Assembly (NCBI RefSeq): GCF_006345805.1
Contig: NC_043015.1
Span: 26,660,001-26,724,000, forward strand
DNA: 64,000 nt
Source: Octopus sinensis
Taxonomy: Eukaryota
Direction of reading: 5' to 3'
A model generated the notes under the pieces. The model was not told the DNA's origin, searched no databases, and saw only the letters and a list, made by a program, of their open reading frames with translations. The translations under genes and the position numbers were made by a program. Shown here in pieces: positions 1-11,981 of the stretch. Each line of letters begins with the position of its first letter. Position 1 is the stretch's first letter.

Positions 1-280
1 GACTGCTAGAGCGGCTCATGTTTGGCTGATTCCGTCTGCCAGCATATATTTACCATAAACATTTATGGATGATTTTGTGAAATGCTAATGCGTATTATAA
101 AATATTAATATAAACATCCAGACGCAATGGGATGCCATAGAGGAAAAATAAAATCGTCACTAACAGTGACTAACGGTACCGAAGCACATACATTGCTAGA
201 AATAAGAGTTAATATACACTTGATGTTGTAGGAAGAGCCCAAATGTAAACATATGCTGATATATTTTTGTATGTATGTCG

Positions 281-317
<37 letters not shown>

Positions 318-481
318 TCTGTGTGCGTGCGCGCGTAGTGTACATATGTATATAATTAAAGTTTAGATTGAAATCTTAAATTTTAAAATTGATACTGCGT
401 TTTGGGTATGTCCTTAGTAGTATCACCGTTGTGACAGGTGAAGTTTCCAGTACATTCAGTCTTCTATTATAATATATATCT

Positions 482-1185
482 TTTTTATTCGTTTCAGCTG
501 TGCGGCTACCATTATACTGGAGTACCACTCTGATTTTGCACTTTGACATATAATTCTTCTTTGACTGATTTCTTCAGTTTGGTGCATGAGAGGGTTTCAA
601 ACAAGCTGCCGTCATCTGTACCTCATGCCAAGCTATTTGTTCATACGGGTTTGTGGAGAAGAGAGTGTCTGGCTCCTTTTAGAAGACATCCATGCCCATA
701 TTGTGTAGGTTTCTCAACTAGATAAGAGCTGTGTGCCTTTGAACCCTAAGCTATTGGGGTACCTGGTCCTGAATGGAGTGGACAGTAAGTTTGGTAAAAC
801 GTAACGCCGTCCAGTTTGGGCATTTGTATAAAACTCGATGCCGAAATTAGGTACCAGCTCTTCCAGAATTTTCTATATATAAATTATAACTTACCTATCG
901 CGCCTTCGCTCCAAGGGGCGAAGTCGAAGTCTTTTTCGCCCCTCCTTGATGCTCATCTGCTGCACCGTTACCATCTTTTTAGCGTAGTAACGTTGGACCG
1001 CTGTTAGTCGGTCACTGCGTGCTGACCATAGCGGAGAGCAGTCGTCCGGGCGGACCAGAACAAGATCCTCCACAAGGTCTCTTGTCTTGAAGGACCTTAA
1101 CATCCATCCTTCAAATTCACAGCATTTTGCTGCCAACTTGCTAATGTGCGTATGAAATCATGCCTCGTTACACATACTGATCCCC
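482..1185 (-). mobile_element. CR1-like LINE, degenerate 3' fragment (RT C-terminal region and 3' tail)
   Basis: Minus-strand frames give HISKLAAKCCEFEGWMLRSFKTRD..DCSPLWS..AVQRYYAKK..LERRRDR*VIIYI*KILEELVPNFGIEFYTNAQTGR..RTRYPNSLGFKG, matching CR1/L2-type RT C-termini. Contains stops and frameshifts and ends in an A-rich tail near 482. Confidence 0.75.
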
Positions 1186-1263
<78 letters not shown>

Positions 1264-1272
1264 CATAGATAG
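1186..1272. repeat. (AGAT)n microsatellite
   Basis: Direct reading. Confidence 0.95.
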
Positions 1273-1732
1273 ATGTACGCCTATGTATATACATATGTTT
1301 ATATATATATTGTACGTGTATATATAGATGTATGTGATACATACATGCACATATGTATAGATATAGTTATATGAGTTACCTATATGTGTATATGTACTTG
1401 TGTACATAATGTAATGTAACGATGCGCATATACACTCATATGGTCACAGACCTAATTTCAGGTGATTATATATTATCCAATGTCTTGTATAATTTGGCTG
1501 TTATTTTTAACACATTGAACGACTGTCTGGAGAAACTCCGTCAACTGTGGATTATTTGATTTGCAAGAGATGGCATCTAATAATTATATTTCTCATTAGC
1601 ACTCTGAGTTTCATAACTAATATTTTATGTTTAATTATTATTGTACATATAAACATATTTATGCGTATATTTGTATACATATATACATAATTATATATGA
1701 ATATTTACACTTATATCTATGTATATATACAT

Positions 1733-1768
<36 letters not shown>

Positions 1769-2090
1769 TGAATTTATATGAACGCCTACACACACACACA
1801 CACAAGCACACATATATGCATATGCACGTTTACCTATTTATGCGTGTAGGTGTAGGTGTCTATATATAGACACCTACATAGAAGCATACACGTGTTTTAT
1901 GATAACTAGTGTGCTCAATTAATTTTCTTCCAATTAATCAGTAATATTTTCCAGCTAATTATGTCAAATATTCTTGCATGACTCAATCAAGAAGCTATTT
2001 AATTATTTACAAAGCAAGATGACAACTACTTTTTATCTTTATTATTAGCTGTAGCATCTTAAAAAGTGTAATGATATATATGTGCATATT

Positions 2091-2092
<2 letters not shown>

Positions 2093-2170
<78 letters not shown>
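2093..2170. repeat. (GT)n microsatellite
   Basis: Direct reading. Confidence 0.95.
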
Positions 2171-2173
<3 letters not shown>

Positions 2174-2738
2174 GTCTACGTCGTAAGCACATGTTGACTA
2201 TGCTGATTAATTAATTATTTGGTGCACAACAGAAGATCTCTTCGGGATACATTTGTTATACACATTACCCCTTTTTAAATACACAAACGAACCCCATTGT
2301 GAAAACTAGTTACTGTATAAGATATATATCTCAGTGGTCATTGTTATGCAAATTAGGTAAATCAGTTTCGCACTTCCGTGGTTGTATTATTGCTCTAATA
2401 AACGTAATACAAGATTAAAAACTAGTCTGGGTGATGACAATTTCTCTCTACGTAGAGGATCAAACTTAAGGAACGAGTGTTTTGTTTAATGTTCATAGCG
2501 AACCTAAATCTTAAATGTCGCCCGTAAAATCGTGGATTTAATCTAAAATTGTGGAAACTGAAACAATTTTATCGTTGTAGAATCTTTCTGCTCATTTAAG
2601 AAGCACTACACATGCTGTATATTTATACGGATTTACAAATAGCTGCGTTTATATATTTATGAACTTTTAAATGGATATACATTTGCACGATGAAGTAGCA
2701 TTTGTACGAGTATACATATAAGCGTGTAAACACATGTG

Positions 2739-2771
<33 letters not shown>

Positions 2772-2804
2772 GCATTTGTATATATATATGTGTATGTATA
2801 TATG

Positions 2805-2844
<40 letters not shown>

Positions 2845-2847
<3 letters not shown>

Positions 2848-3480
2848 TACTGGTGAACGCCGGTTTCTAGGGTTACTCTGGGTTTCTTGCCATAAAGGGT
2901 ACCATTATGGCCTATCATCAGACCCTAAGATGGCCCCTTTAAAATATGGAGGGGGAAACGATATGGATATAAACAATAGGAATTAACTCCCTTCGGTGCT
3001 GGTCACCGGCTTTGGTTGTGTTGTCCACCTTCGGTCACGCCACCCGTCGGCTATGAGGGTTAAAGTTGGGTGAGGGGTTATCCCCTACTCTCATCAGCAC
3101 TCAATTTCCATCTGTGGTGTAATTATCGCTAATACCGTTATTATCGCTATTATGCAGTTCCCAAAACGTTAACAGGAATCTCCTAAAATGCAAGCACGGC
3201 CCGAAAGTCCCTGTTCTGCAGTTCAGTATGGTCCCTGGTACGTACGAGCTTTTCAGAATTTCCATGCGTTCGGCTACGCATAGCTTGCAGCGTTTCGTTC
3301 CATTAATGTACGGACCCGGACGGTACACACCTACCTTCCAAGCGCTGTTGTAAACAGCGAGTGCGGGTTAGAACGTTAAAGCTTAGTGCGCATGCACAGC
3401 AGAGTTGAAGGTCAGTCTACGCCAAGGAGCTTTACACTGCATGCTTCAGCTTCGTTACCATGGCAACCGTCCGGATAGTC
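2845..3480 (-). mobile_element. Penelope-like element 3' fragment (GIY-YIG C-terminus plus pLTR)
   Basis: ORF 3101-3328 PYINGTKRCKLCVAERMEIL..ILNCRTGTFGPCLHFRRFLL fits the Penelope endonuclease C-terminal C-x2-C...C-x-H pattern. A downstream HHR and a terminal (TA)n are present. Confidence 0.75.
2868..2927 (-). ncRNA. Type I hammerhead ribozyme candidate (Penelope pLTR)
   Basis: Minus strand: stem I UAGGGU/ACCCUA, core CUGAUGA, stem II GCCAUAA/UUAUGGC with a distorted base, GAAAC, stem III with one mismatch, GUA triplet. Confidence 0.65.
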
Positions 3481-3744
3481 ATTGATTTGAACTTGTGTAT
3501 ACATGTGTATGTATGCGAGCGCGTGGAACGAGATCGAGCACTGTCGGATTTCTTTGAATTTCCTCAGATATACCATGTCTATTATTCTCCACCTCGGATT
3601 TTATTAGGTTCTGTGTGAAACATATTGTTGTAGTGACACAAAAACATATACAAAAGTAATAATACAATAGAAGTACCAACGACAGTAACCAAATAAATTT
3701 GACCTTAATGATACTAACAATAATAAAATAGTACAGATTCGTTA

Positions 3745-3896
3745 ACGTCCTGTGTTCAAATTCCGCCGAGGTCGACTTTGCCTTTCATCCTTTCGGGGTC
3801 GATTAAATAAGTACCAGTTACGCACTTGGGTCGATATAATCGACTTAATCCGTTTGTCTGTCCTTGTTTGTCCTCTCTGTGTTTAGCCCCTTGTGG
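3745..3896 (+). mobile_element. SINE unit (Deu/Nin-type core) interrupted at its tail by the RTE insertion
   Basis: ttcaaattccgccgaggtcgactttgcctttcatcctttcggggtcgattaaataagtaccag core; same unit recurs four times at 7281-8196. Confidence 0.8.
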
Positions 3897-6800
3897 TCAG
3901 TTCAGGTCCGATGTATGCAGCATCGGATCCTGCTACTGGTAAACTGTAAACCTGTACAACCTGTGTCAGTGGGGTAGAAAGGGGTCCTTAGCCGTAGTGA
4001 AGGCAATCTGTCTAGGGAGATAACCTTACAACAAATCACTCGGTCCGTAGCTTAGAAATACTGGGTTGACGTCCAACGGGAACAGCTTTGTTTCATGGAG
4101 GAGGAAAGATCTTCTTTTGTGCTTGGTTGTACAATGCTTTTCAATGTGTGTAGTAGCGGCGCGTGCACACATTATTAGCTATTTGAAAGGACTATAGAAT
4201 TTACAATTAACTGCACCAGGGTTCCTCTTCCCCAGGGAACCAGACTTAATGATGTACCTGTGGATGTAGGTCCAGCCCCTGCTTTACCGGGTCCTGTCTC
4301 TGATCACGTTGCACCTCCAAGGGCATCCAATGACAGTGATGCCCTCAATCTTAACAGACGGGTATCACCTGATGGAGAAGAGTCAGCTCCCAACCAAACA
4401 ACACCAAGCAAACATCTCATCAGCTGTAAAAATCATACAATATTCAACACTTTCAATGCCCGCACCCTCGATCCTCTCGGCCGTTTAGAGGAACTTGGTG
4501 CAAATGCAGAATCACACAGCATTGATATAATAGCTGTCCAAGAACACCGATTCTACCACCCTGACGATATCCTCAAATACCATCAAGTTGGATCTTATCA
4601 ATTTGTAACCTCCTCAGCATCAAAGATTACTGTTAATTCAAAAGTTGGAGGTATCGGCTTTCTACTTTTATCAAAAGCTAGTGATACTCTCTTGAGTATA
4701 GAATCAATCTCGCCCAGAATTATGGTGCTTGAGATAGATGGAAATCCGAAAACAACATTGGTATGTGTGTATAGCCCACATAATTCGTCTGTGGCAGATG
4801 AGAGTGAGGATTTTTATACAACTCTTCGTTCAACCATTGAGCAAGTATCTCTCCATAATTTTCTAGTTATAGCTGGTGATCTGAATGCTAAACTAGGACC
4901 CGATGAGACCAAGTTTACTTTCAACTCTAAAACTAATCGGAACGGGGAAATGCTCAAAGACTTTTTACAGGAATTTAATCTTTACTCCTCCAATAATTAT
5001 TTTATGAACCCAAAAGGACAACTTTGGACATTAGAGTATCCATCTGGTGACAGGGCACAAATTTTTCGAAAGAAGTGGCGCAATAGTGTCAAAGACTCGA
5101 GATCCTACTCTTCCTTTAGATCTGAGTCTTAGTCTTCGCTCATCCAAAAAAGCTAAGCCTCATCCGATGAAAACGATCGACTGGAAGGAAGTCTCGTCTA
5201 ACCCCGATATGTCCAAGCAATTTACTATTGAGGTATATAACAAATTTCAATCTTTGTCTACTTCTGAAATAGATGGTGAGAACTTTGAAGAAGTTTACGG
5301 TAGCCTCATCAAACCAACAGAGGAAGTTGCACTGGCTACTCTTCCCAAAAAGAAGAGTAGGGACCAGAGCAAACCTTATAATTCTCCAAACGTCATCGAA
5401 GCCAGAAACCATCTAAAGTCTATATCACTAGCTTACCACCGTCCTCGATCCCAGTCACTGAAGATCCAACTCATAACTGCCAAGAAGAATCTTGATGATG
5501 TTTACTTGAACGCCGAGGTCGACTTTATCAACGGCAAAATTAGCAAACTATCCAAAGAGCACATTAGTAAAAAACACCATATTGCCTGGAAATCCATCAA
5601 AGACCTATCAGGCAAAATTTCTGGGTCATCAATTAGAATCAAAGGGGGATCAGCTAAGAAGCGTTTAGAAAATTGGTCAACTCATTTAAAAAATCTTCTT
5701 GGAAAGAATGCCAAAATCCCTGATAACTCCACTCTTCCAAGTGTGCCTATATCAGATACACTGGACATCAACACCTCCCCTTTTACCATATTTGAACTAA
5801 CAGCAGCCACAAAACAACTGAAAGCCTCGAAAGCATTTGGTCCCGACAACATCCCAGCTATAATTTGGAAGGATGATAGATTTCACGATAGATTTCAATC
5901 TTTGCAATCACAGTTTCCACTTTTATAGCTCCAAAGATTTCGCACCAATCTCAAATCATCCCCAAAAATGCGATTTATCCCTCGTCACCAACTACAGGTA
6001 CACCAACTAATGTCAATTGCTGCAAAATTGTACAACAAACTGATTCTAATCCGTCTCGTCCCTTTTGTTGAACCTTTGCTCCGAAAGAACCAAAATGGAT
6101 TCAGACATGGACGCTCAACGTTGAGCCAAATACTATGCCTACACAGACTCATTGAAGAATCAAAAGCATTTAATCGCGATCTTGCAATGGTGTTTGTAGA
6201 CTTTTCTAAAGCGCTCGACTCTGTACATAGGTACAAGATTTTTGAAATCCTTAAGCTCTATGGGATTCCAGACAAAATCATCTCTGCCATCAAGGTCCTC
6301 TACAAAGATATGTCTTCAACCATCTTAACCCCTGATGGGGAAACATCATCTTTCTCAATCAAAGCCGGAATACTGCAGGGAGACACACTCGCCCTATTTC
6401 TCTTCATCATTGTCGTTGACTATGTGTTACGTATGTCAGTTGATACCATCTCTGGCAAGGGCTTTGAAATAAAACCTAGAAGAAGTTCCAGACACCCAGC
6501 TGAACACTTAACATACACTGACTTTGCTGACGACATCGCTCTTATCAGTGATTCTCTATCCAATGCCCAGTCCCTTTTACAATCTCTTGAACAAGCCTCA
6601 AATTGTGTAGGTCTTTACCTCAATGAGTTCAAGACTGAATATGTAAACAAGTGCCTGCCCAACAGTGATTTCATCATCTATACTCTCAACAATACGGTCT
6701 TAAATATGGTTTCTGATTACAAATATCTTGGGACATACATATCATCATCTGAAAAAGATTTTCTAACTGAAAAGGGTATGGCCTGGTCAGCCTGTAATGA

Positions 6801-7280
6801 TATGCATAAGATCTGGTCATCAAATCTAAGTAGAGATTTCAATCTTAAAATCTTCAAAGCCACAGACGAACCAATTCTAATATATGGCTCAGAAACCTGG
6901 ACGTTATCAAACAAGCTTGAGAGGCGGTTGGATGGAACTTACACTCGCCTCCTTATGAGAGCTCAAAATCTCTCGTGGAAGCGTGATCCAACCAGAGTAT
7001 AAATATATGGGAAATTACCACCTGCAACATCTCTTGTGAAAGGTAGAAGAGTCCAGTTTGCTGGACATCGTTGTAGAGCTGAAAACGAGGTAATGTCTAC
7101 TCTTCTCCTCTGAAAGCCATCTGCTCGCGATACCAGAGGGCGCACACTCTCCTACCCTGATGTAATCTCCAGGGATACAGGCATCCAGAAACATGACCTC
7201 CGTAATGCTATAATGGACCGTGAAGTCTGGCGTAATATAGTAAATTCCATTGTCTCGACCACGGTCGAACGACGATGATG
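3897..7280 (+). mobile_element. Near full-length RTE-clade LINE (5' UTR, APE + RT ORF, (GAT)n tail)
   Basis: APE motifs (FNARTL, IIAVQEH, GDLNAK), RT motifs (QNGFR, FVDFSKALDSV, GILQGDTLA, FADD), C-terminal QFAGH region; ends gacgatgatg. Confidence 0.92.
4260..7260 (+). pseudogene. RTE endonuclease-reverse transcriptase ORF, frameshifted into three pieces (4260-5132, 5047-5928, 5968-7002, remainder with stops)
   Basis: ORF track translations carry APE and RT motifs in successive frames. Confidence 0.9.
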
Positions 7281-8196
7281 GTGGTAGTAAAGAAGTAGGT
7301 ATTTCGTCTACTGCTATGTTCTGAGTTCAAATTCCGCCGAGATTGACTTTGCCTTTCATCCTTTCGCGGTCGATTAAATAAGTATCAGTTACGCACTGGG
7401 GTCGATATAATAAACTTAATCCGTTTGCCTGTCCTTGTTTGTCCCCTCTGTGTGTAGCCCCTTGTGGGAAGTAAAGAAATAGAAATAGGCATTTCGTCTG
7501 AAATAGAAATAGGTATTTCGAGTAGAAGGGATTGTTGTTATTATTTTTATTAAGGCGGCGAGCTGGCAGAAACGTTAGCACGCGGGCGAAATGTTTAGCG
7601 GTTTTTCGACTGTCTTTACGTTCTGAGTTCAATTTCCGCCGAGGTCGACTTTGCCTGTCATCCTTTCGGGGTTGATTAAATAAGTACCAGTTACGCACTG
7701 GGGTCGATATAATCGACTTAATCCCTTGGTCTGTCCTTGTTTGTCCACTCTATGTTGAGCCCCTTGTGGGTAGTAAAGAAATAGGTATTTCATCTGCCTC
7801 TACGTTCTGAGTTCAAATTCTACCGAAGTCGACTTCGCCTTTCACACTTTCGGGGTCGATTAAATAAGTACCGGTTACGCACTGAGGTCGATATAATCGA
7901 CTGAATCCGTTTGTCTGTCCTTGATTGTCCTTTCTGTGTATAGCCCCTTGTGCGTAGTAACGAAATAGGTATTTTAAGGTAGCGAGCTGACAGAAACGTT
8001 AGCACGCCGGGCGAAATGCTTAGCGGTATTTCGTCTACCGCTACGTTCTGAGTTCAAATTCCGCCGAGGTCGACTTTGCGTTTCAATTCTTTCGGAGTCG
8101 ATAAATTAAGTACCAGCTGCGTACTTTGGTCGATCTAATTGACTGCTCCCTCCACCAAAATTTCCGGCCTTCTGCCTAGAGTAGGAAAAAAATTAG
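7281..8196 (+). mobile_element. Tandem array of four SINE units (Deu/Nin-type core); tRNA-like heads at ~7551 and ~7975
   Basis: Core ttctgagttcaa(a/t)ttc..ccga recurs at ~7319, 7621, 7805 and 8046; the last unit has a different tail. Confidence 0.85.
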
Positions 8197-8854
8197 TAAA
8201 GAAACCAAATCTATTTAAATGACAGAGATAATAACATAAAATTGAAGGTGTCTTTTGCTAAGCAGCAGACCAAATTTGTCAATGGGAAAAAATAAAATGG
8301 AATAAAGGGATTGCTTGATTGTTATTCTTTCTTTTTACCACCCTACACGTCTCTTTTGAATTATCTATTAGCTTTATGCTTTCAGGCCGTTTGGCTTCAG
8401 GTGACCTCCATGAACTCCCCTAGCATAGAGGCTTAATTTCTGTCCCATATTTTACTTGTATTTGAATGTGAATTAAAATAGTCACGAAAATATGAAAATG
8501 CAGAGTAAAATTATGTGAAGACAAAAATCTAAAGAATTTAGGCTTTTTGCCAAAACAGTGTAGCTAAAATACGATAGAATAGATTTTAGTAGTGAGATTT
8601 TTTTAGTTGTCGATTTAATAAATCTACGTTGGCAATGAAGAATTGTTTAAGGAATAAAGTGATGTCCAGGGTGCAACAACAAACGTTGTGATTTGCTATT
8701 GAAGCCTCGTATTTTCCATCTTCCTGTTATATTACTCTTATGTTTAAACCTACACAAAAGTGCAATTCCACATGTTTATCCAGTCATACTGTAGAGTGGC
8801 ATGTGGTAGCCGTTAACAGCATAGAATCTTTCAAATGCAAGTTACGAGGTTATG

Positions 8855-9219
8855 CCTCCCAACCAAAGGAGTATGGGTTCAGTCCCATAGCTTGGCATCT
8901 TGGGAAAACATTTTGTGTTACAGTCTCGGGCCGATCAAAGTTTTGTGAGTGGATTTGGTTGAGAGAAGCTGAAAGAAGCCCGTTGTATACCTATCTATCT
9001 ATCTATCTAAATGTGTGTGTGTGTGTGTGTCTTTGTCTGTGTTTTCCCCCATTACCGCTTGACAACTGGTGTTGGTGTGTCTATGTCCTTGTAATTTAGC
9101 GGTTCAGCAAAAGAGACCAATGGGATAAGTACTGACATCTATTCATTCGACAATAATCCCAAAATGCGGTGCCCCAGGCATGGCCGCAGTCTAATGACTG
9201 TAACACTAAAAGATAAAGA
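8855..9219 (+). mobile_element. Octopus-type tRNA-derived SINE (diverged, with internal microsatellite)
   Basis: gggttcagtccca B-box-like motif, gtgagtggatttgg...gaaagaagccc, body cgcttgacaac..ggtgtg, tail gcggtgcccca..catggccgcagtc. Confidence 0.8.
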
Positions 9220-9282
9220 TTATGCTCACACATATATGTATATGTATACACATACACACAGATACAAATATGTATATATAAT

Positions 9283-9333
<51 letters not shown>

Positions 9334-9362
9334 GAATGGAGTTGAATGACGAATTAACAAAA

Positions 9363-9461
9363 TTCCTTTATTTTCGACATATGTTTCGAAGGCTGCATAT
9401 TCCTGATTGCGAAGGAATAAGGAGTATATTATGCCGCTTTCTCATCAGGAAAAACAAGGAA
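9363..9461 (-). ncRNA. Type I hammerhead ribozyme (Penelope pLTR)
   Basis: Stem I UUCCUUGUUUUUC/GAAAAUAAAGGAA, core CUGAUGA, long stem II GAAAGCGGCAUA../..UAUGCAGCCUUC, GAAAC, palindromic stem III ACAUAUGU, GUC triplet (cut between 9376 and 9375). Confidence 0.85.
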
Positions 9462-10032
9462 CTTATGTCAACATCAAGATGCACAAAAGACTTTTAGATG
9501 ACTGCCCATAGCGATAATGAGTGTCTCTTTAAAAAATTCCTTTATAAGGAGTGACGTCAAAATGGTTGGATGTAGAAAATTCTAGAAGGTTCTGAAGGTT
9601 CAAGGGTTCAAACGAAGTAGGAGAAGAGAGGTATAAGAATAGGAAGGTGAAAGGATGCAGTTCAAATGAATGGTGAATTTTCTTTTGTGAATGAGTGTCT
9701 GTGTGTGACTGTATATAACTGCATTAATGTGTGTGTGTGTGTATGTGTGTGCGTGATTGTGTTTGTGGATGGGTGGATGTCAGAAAACAGACAGTGGTGA
9801 GGTGAACAGTTTATGTATGTTTGTTTGATTGTGCTTACTATAGATAGAGGGAAAGAGAGAGAGAAAGAGAGAGAAAGAGGAGGGCAAGGTATAGAGACAA
9901 AGGTAACACATACCTCACTGGATTGGGTAGTAGTTCTTTGAAAGTATAAAAATAATTTTTTGACTATGGGGGTGAAATATATAAAAAAAGAGTTATTTTA
10001 ATTAAAATTCAAGGGGCTAACTATATCAATCA

Positions 10033-10730
10033 TTATTCATATGATTGAAAGGTGTGTTTTTGCCAGTGTATGCATCTGTAGGACCTCTCGACGATTGTAT
10101 TTATTAAAGGGACTTTGGCGAACAAAATATGAAAAAGTTCTGAATTACAGACGCCACAATGTTTTCTGCCCTTGTCAAACGGGAAGGACACCGATAATAT
10201 GGACCATTCCAGTTTGAAAGTTGTATTGCTGTCCTTCAGACGCCAAACTAATTTACTTAGTCCCGTGCTGTGTTGTTTTCTCTTATCTCTGAAAGTTGAA
10301 TAATGGTTGGATATCCTTTGGGCTAATTTAGAAGAATTTGCACCGATGTAGAAGACGACATCGGTCCCCGAAGAAATTTTGCACTGGTAAATTGTGCTTC
10401 TGATTTTTGAATTTTTGGATAGGAACTTTAATCTGATGGGGTTAACATCCGATACTAAGACAGAGTTTTTATTGTTATGATAGGTGTAAATATTGTTGCT
10501 AGCATTGACCACGATACTATTCATCTTATTATCATTACTATTAATTGTAATATCTTCGGCAATTTCTCTGACTATAGGAATGCTGGGACTGTTATCATCA
10601 ATAATACAACTGTTATTAGAAATGTTATTATTATTACCACTAACACCACCACTGTTTATAATCCGGCTAATATTATTATCATTATTACTATTGTTAACGC
10701 CAGTGCTGGTATGAATATCAATACTGTTTA

Positions 10731-10798
<68 letters not shown>

Positions 10799-10923
10799 GT
10801 TAGGTTGGAATTGGTAAGGGCAGTGTCGCTACTCCTGGGTGATGAGTCCTTATTTAGCAGCTTATTATTATGGGAGGCAATTATCTGCGATAGGTTTCTA
10901 GTGTTGGAAAACGCAATCCTCAC
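10033..10923 (-). CDS. Penelope GIY-YIG endonuclease domain with Asn-rich linker
   Basis: STIYQCKI..FYIGANSSKLAQRISNHYSTF..LSKLVWRLKD..LEWSIL..CGVCNSELFHIL..CIH; open for 296 aa. Confidence 0.85.
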
Positions 10924-11948
10924 CTTATGCGAATTGATAGTAGAGAATTCCTGGGAAAGTTCCTAGCTACGGCTTCACGGAACTGTAAAGGGAGGTTAGA
11001 CCTGATTTGTTTCCCGAAAGGAATAACAAACCAGATATAGTTTTTTGGGGACTTAGAATAGCTCAGATTGTTAACATTTACATTAAAGGGAGTATTTCTG
11101 TGTTGTAGAATTGGTGTTGGTTTTCGATTCCCTCCCCTGGTTCGTACATTATTTTTGTTAATTATATTAGTGTCGACGTTGTTAGGGCTGAAATCATTAA
11201 TTACATTATTTCTATTGTTATTAGTTTTCTTATCCTGAGAGGCAAATATTACTTTAGAATGGGCCGGGTCGATATATGATACCTTATCCCTACAACCGGC
11301 TTTTGACAGGGCGGTATTATAAAATTCCACTTTTTGTTTTAAAATGTCGACATTCGCAGATAAATTTGATAGTCTTAAGGACATATTTTTAACTAGATTA
11401 TATATATATATATATATATACATACATATATATATGTATGTATATATATGTATTAATGTATGTATGTTTGTATGCATGTATGTATGTATGTATGTATGTA
11501 TGTATGTATGTATGTATGTATGTATGCATGTATGTATGTATTGGTGGGTATTTATTTCTGGATTTTTTGGGGCATTTGTAGTCATATATATATGTCTATG
11601 TGTCCAAATGCGTAAGTATAAATACATATGAGATACAAAGATTGCTATAACAGTGGATGAAGGCATCTGCATGCTTAGGTTTTATTTTCGCATACAATAA
11701 AATGTGTACACGTGTGTTTACTTACTTTTGCGCATCCATATGTATGTGGTATAAATATGATTGATAATTCGAAAATTTTTTCGGATTCATATTAAACTTC
11801 ACTATATTCACAGGTGTATTTAATACTTATTTACGTAATATAGATAATTATAAAGCTGAGCAGAGATGTAAACGTGTACTTCCCACATTCCATTAGCAGT
11901 TATTTGTTAAGTTGTCTACTTTATATATATATATATAATATATATATA

Positions 11949-11981
<33 letters not shown>

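Larger units (their letters stand above)
9330..11400 (-). mobile_element. 5'-truncated Penelope-like element (RT thumb/linker, GIY-YIG endonuclease, 3' UTR/pLTR with HHR)
   Basis: ORFs 10920-11400 and 10033-10923; flanked by (TA)n on both sides. Confidence 0.88.

Noticed and set aside
3087-3100. Second CUGAUGA on the minus strand
   Set aside because: A hairpin follows but no GAAA, stem III or stem I partner
7281-8196. Regular repeat array suggestive of CRISPR
   Set aside because: Units are 180-300 bp SINE copies without unique spacers; eukaryotic context and no cas genes
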